This document shows, piece after piece, positions 60,600-64,000 of a DNA stretch of 64,000 nucleotides. This DNA comes from Eledone cirrhosa (taxonomy: Eukaryota), in assembly GCA_964016885.1 (NCBI GenBank), contig OZ024742.1, positions 251,038,001 to 251,102,000 on the forward strand, in the 5' to 3' direction. The translations under genes were made by a program, and so were the position numbers. Numbering within the stretch: the first letter of the stretch is position 1; every line of letters begins with the position of its first letter. The notes below the pieces were generated by a model, which searched no databases, was not told the origin of the DNA, and saw only the letters and a program-made list of their open reading frames with translations.

Positions 60600-60783
60600 C
60601 AGAGGCGTAACTAAGGTATGGTAAGCATGGTACGTGCCATGGGCTCCACATGAAGAGGGCGCCACTTGGACTAGGAGCACGTTCAAATAAGCCTCGTCGG
60701 AGAGTGAAAAAAGACACTCCTTCAGATGCACGGTGCAATTTCACTTCTTGCCATAGGTGCTATTGTCCCTGGTTATGCCTCTG
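60600..60783. mobile_element. hAT-like MITE inserted in (CA)n
   Basis: TIRs CAGAGGCGTAACTAAGG / CCTGGTTATGCCTCTG; CACACACAGA on both flanks. Confidence 0.65.
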
Positions 60784-60802
60784 CACACACAGAAAATAAA
60801 CA

Positions 60803-60873
<71 letters not shown>

Positions 60874-61079
60874 CTCTCTCTCTCTCTGTCTCTGTCTCTC
60901 ACACACACACAACAAAGACAACACAAGCACAGCACACCTTTTGTATTATGCCCTACATAGGAAATCTACATAAAAAGCTCTGAAATTCAAGGAAACCCTG
61001 ACTCATAAAACAAACAATTTACACGAAATATTTCTCAACCGGATCCATTCTATTTAATTGTAATAAAAGTGGTATGATA

Positions 61080-61318
61080 TCACCACCAGCACCACCACCA
61101 CCACCAGCACCACCACCACCAACAACACCACCACCACCACCACCACCACCACCAACAACAACACCACCACCACCACCACCACCACCACCACCACCACCAC
61201 CACCACCAACACCACCACCAACACCACCACCACCACCAACAACAACACCACCACCACCACCACCACCAACACCACCACCAACAACAACAACAACACCACC
61301 ACCAACAACAACAACAAC

Positions 61319-61349
<31 letters not shown>

Positions 61350-61417
61350 CCAACACCACCACCACCACCACCACCAACACCACCACCAACAACACCAACA
61401 CCACCACCAACAACAAC

Positions 61418-61448
<31 letters not shown>

Positions 61449-61564
61449 CCAACACCACCACCACCACCACCACCACCACCAACACCACCACCAACAACAC
61501 CAACACCACCACCACCAACACCACCAACACCACCACCACCAACAACAACAACAACAACACCACC

Positions 61565-61631
<67 letters not shown>

Positions 61632-62475
61632 CCACCACCAACAACAACAACAACACCACAGACAGCAACACCACCACCACCACCACCACCACCACAGACA
61701 GCAACACCACCACCACCACCACCAACACCACCACCGCCTCCACAGACAGCAACAACACCACCACCAACAACAACAACAACACCACAGACAGCAACACCAC
61801 CACCACCACCACCACCACCACAGACAGCAACACCACCACCACCACCACCAACACCACCACCGCCTCCACAGACAGCAACACCACCACCAACAACAACAAC
61901 ACCACAGACAGCAACACCACCACCACCACCTCCACCACCACAGACAGCAACACCACCACCACCACCTCCACCACCACAGACAGCAACACCACCACCTCCA
62001 CCACCACAGACAGCAACACCACCACCACCACCACCAACACCACCACCGCCTCCACAGACAGCAACAACACCACCACCAACAACAACAACAACACCACAGA
62101 CAGCAACACCGCCACCACCACAGACAGCAACACCACCAGCACCACCACCACCACCTCCACAGACAGCAACACCACCACCACCACCACCACCACTCCACAG
62201 ACAGCAACACCACCTTCATAGACAGCAACACCACCACCACACCACCACCACCAACAACAACAACAACACTACCGACAGCAACACCACCAACACCACCACT
62301 ACCACCACCACCACCACCACCACCACAGACAGCAACACAAACACCACCACAGACAGCAACACCACCACCAACAATAACACCACCACCACCACAGACAGCA
62401 CCCCTCCCCAACAATAACAACAACAACACCGCCGTCACCACCACAATCACTACTACCATAACCACCACCACAAAC
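61080..62475. repeat. long (CCA/CAA)n trinucleotide array evolving into a CAGACAGCAA-anchored minisatellite
   Basis: Directly visible; open in several frames only because the unit lacks stop codons. Confidence 0.93.
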
Positions 62476-62629
62476 ACTATATTATGCTATAACATGCATT
62501 TTACATCGGACCCAAACAAATATGAAACAATAAAAATATATAAAATAACATCAAGACATGAGAATATATATGTGTTTTGATGTTGTCTCTCTTTCACTCA
62601 CTGCCTCCATCTTGACTGGGGGAGATTTA

Positions 62630-63237
62630 GCAGAGTTAGGCCGGCAGTGCCAGATCCGAAACAGATCGGAGGCCAAGGCCACCCAACCTCGTTGGGAGCT
62701 TCACCTGTTGCCAGCTGGTGCTGTCGAAACTGGCGTTGCAGATGAGCTCAACACAGTGTCGGATGGTGGTGTCGAGTTCACCGAGATGATCTTCGTTGGG
62801 GTGACAATGTGCTCCGTGCAGCGTGATCAAGAATTTGGACAGGGCGAACCAGTTTCTCAAGAGGAATAGCGCCGGGTGAGCGTCAATGAGGCACTGCATC
62901 TCTGCTATTCGGGACAGGTCTGCGTGCTTGGTCTCCAGGCATTCTCTTATGGCTTTCGAGAGAATTAGAAAACCGAGAATGCAGGCGGGGGGTCTTTGGG
63001 CATTAGCCGATCCCCGGTTAAGACTCTATGGATGCTGAGTACTGCGTCGTGGAATTCTGCTTCTCCATAGCTAACGTCTATCACCTCGGACTTGGATGGG
63101 TTGACCTCGAGTCCAAGGAGCTTTAGAACTGGGATAACTAGCTGAAGGTCCTCAACTACCGCCTCAGTTGAGCCACCCAGAGTCGCATCGTCCAGGTACC
63201 AAACGTTGAGGGGCGAGCGGACAACGTCGTCAACTGC
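62630..63237 (-). mobile_element. CRE-like non-LTR retrotransposon RT fragment
   Basis: Minus strand LNVWYLDDATLGG near 63170-63210, LGLEVNPSKSE, and QVKLPTRLGGLGLRSVSDLALPA; clade assignment from recalled motif similarity. Confidence 0.72.
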
Positions 63238-63864
63238 TAGCGGAATGAGGAGCGGGCCGAGTGGGTCTTCTTGCTAGACACCCGTAGCGGAAGTAGCCAT
63301 GTTGTCAGCGGCCATGAGTAAGCTGGGTCTTCCGTGCGGGAGGTGAACGAGAGTGTAATTATAGTGAAAGTGAATGCTGAGGCCAAGTTGCCTTTATTCT
63401 TGTAGGACACATATATAGTGAAGAATTTAGTTATTGCAGTTGCCTCCCTTTGATTATTTTGATATTTTACATTAGGCATGTGTGTACTCCGAGTTATTTC
63501 CCCTCGATTACAAGTTTATTAGAGACATGCAATCACACGTACCACACATGCACATGCTAAAACAATTACACCGAGTAAAAAAAAAAAAAAAAAAAATGTC
63601 TATTACAGTCGTTTCCTTTGGCTCGTTCATCTACTATTCCTTTCTTTAATGAATCTTATTGCAGTTATTTTCTATCTATAATATCATCGCCCTCTAACTG
63701 ACACATATACATCGTTGTGGCCAGAATTTGCATACTGTTAATAAATTTAAATATAAAACCCAAGTGATATTAAATTTTATTTGGAAAGTAATACTAAGTA
63801 TGGCTATACCAATTTATATAGTAAAAATAACTTTACAAAATCCTTTCTGTTTGAATTAAGGCAA

Positions 63865-64000
63865 ACAGCATCAGTGGAGGCTTCAGAGAAAATATTTTGC
63901 AGTATTTATTAACGACTTCTTATATTCTGAGTTCAGATACCGCTGAAATCAACTTTAACTTTCATCCATCCAGGGCCGATAAAATAAAGTAACAGTATAA
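63865..64000 (+). repeat. degenerate tRNA-derived SINE fragment
   Basis: Homologous to 48935-49060 (GAGTTCAGATAC..CAACTTT..TTTCATCC..GATAAAATAAAGTA). Confidence 0.55.

Noticed and set aside
61054-62477. 447-aa Pro/Thr-rich mucin- or extensin-like ORF and overlapping V/L and W/C ORFs
   Set aside because: Pure (CCA/CAA)n repeat open in several frames; no signal peptide, synonymous variation or splice context.

Overview
AT-rich, microsatellite-dense eukaryotic DNA; the repeat content looks cephalopod/octopus-like, which is an inference from remembered SINE and RTE motifs. No host gene is supportable: the window is essentially all transposable elements and simple repeats. The core (~15.0-45.9 kb) is a unidirectional head-to-tail array of ten Tx1/L1-clade non-LTR retrotransposon copies on the minus strand, plus an older relic at 14.3-15.0 kb. 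The ten copies fall into about five 3'-UTR families, five retain their 5' end, and each is joined to its neighbours through (GATA)n/(TATC)n tracts. Main hypothesis: ORF2 of these elements is an exact ~3.3-3.5 kb intron. The ORF1 terminal codons overlap a splice donor (AG|GTAAGT or AG|GTAGGT) in all four copies retaining that junction, and the ORF2 stop codon is a splice acceptor (pyrimidine tract..CTGTAG|R) in all ten. Splicing would fuse ORF1 to a short basic exon in the 3' UTR. A second donor sits ~20-30 nt from the 5' end. Flanks contain a mariner relic, RTE/CR1/CRE LINE fragments, a Penelope element whose inverted repeat also duplicates flanking DNA, several hammerhead-ribozyme motifs and fold-back palindromes in (TA)n, a cleanly inserted Helitron, MITEs, SINE pieces and minisatellites. 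Boundaries were read by eye and are approximate to a few bases; family labels A-E are mine.
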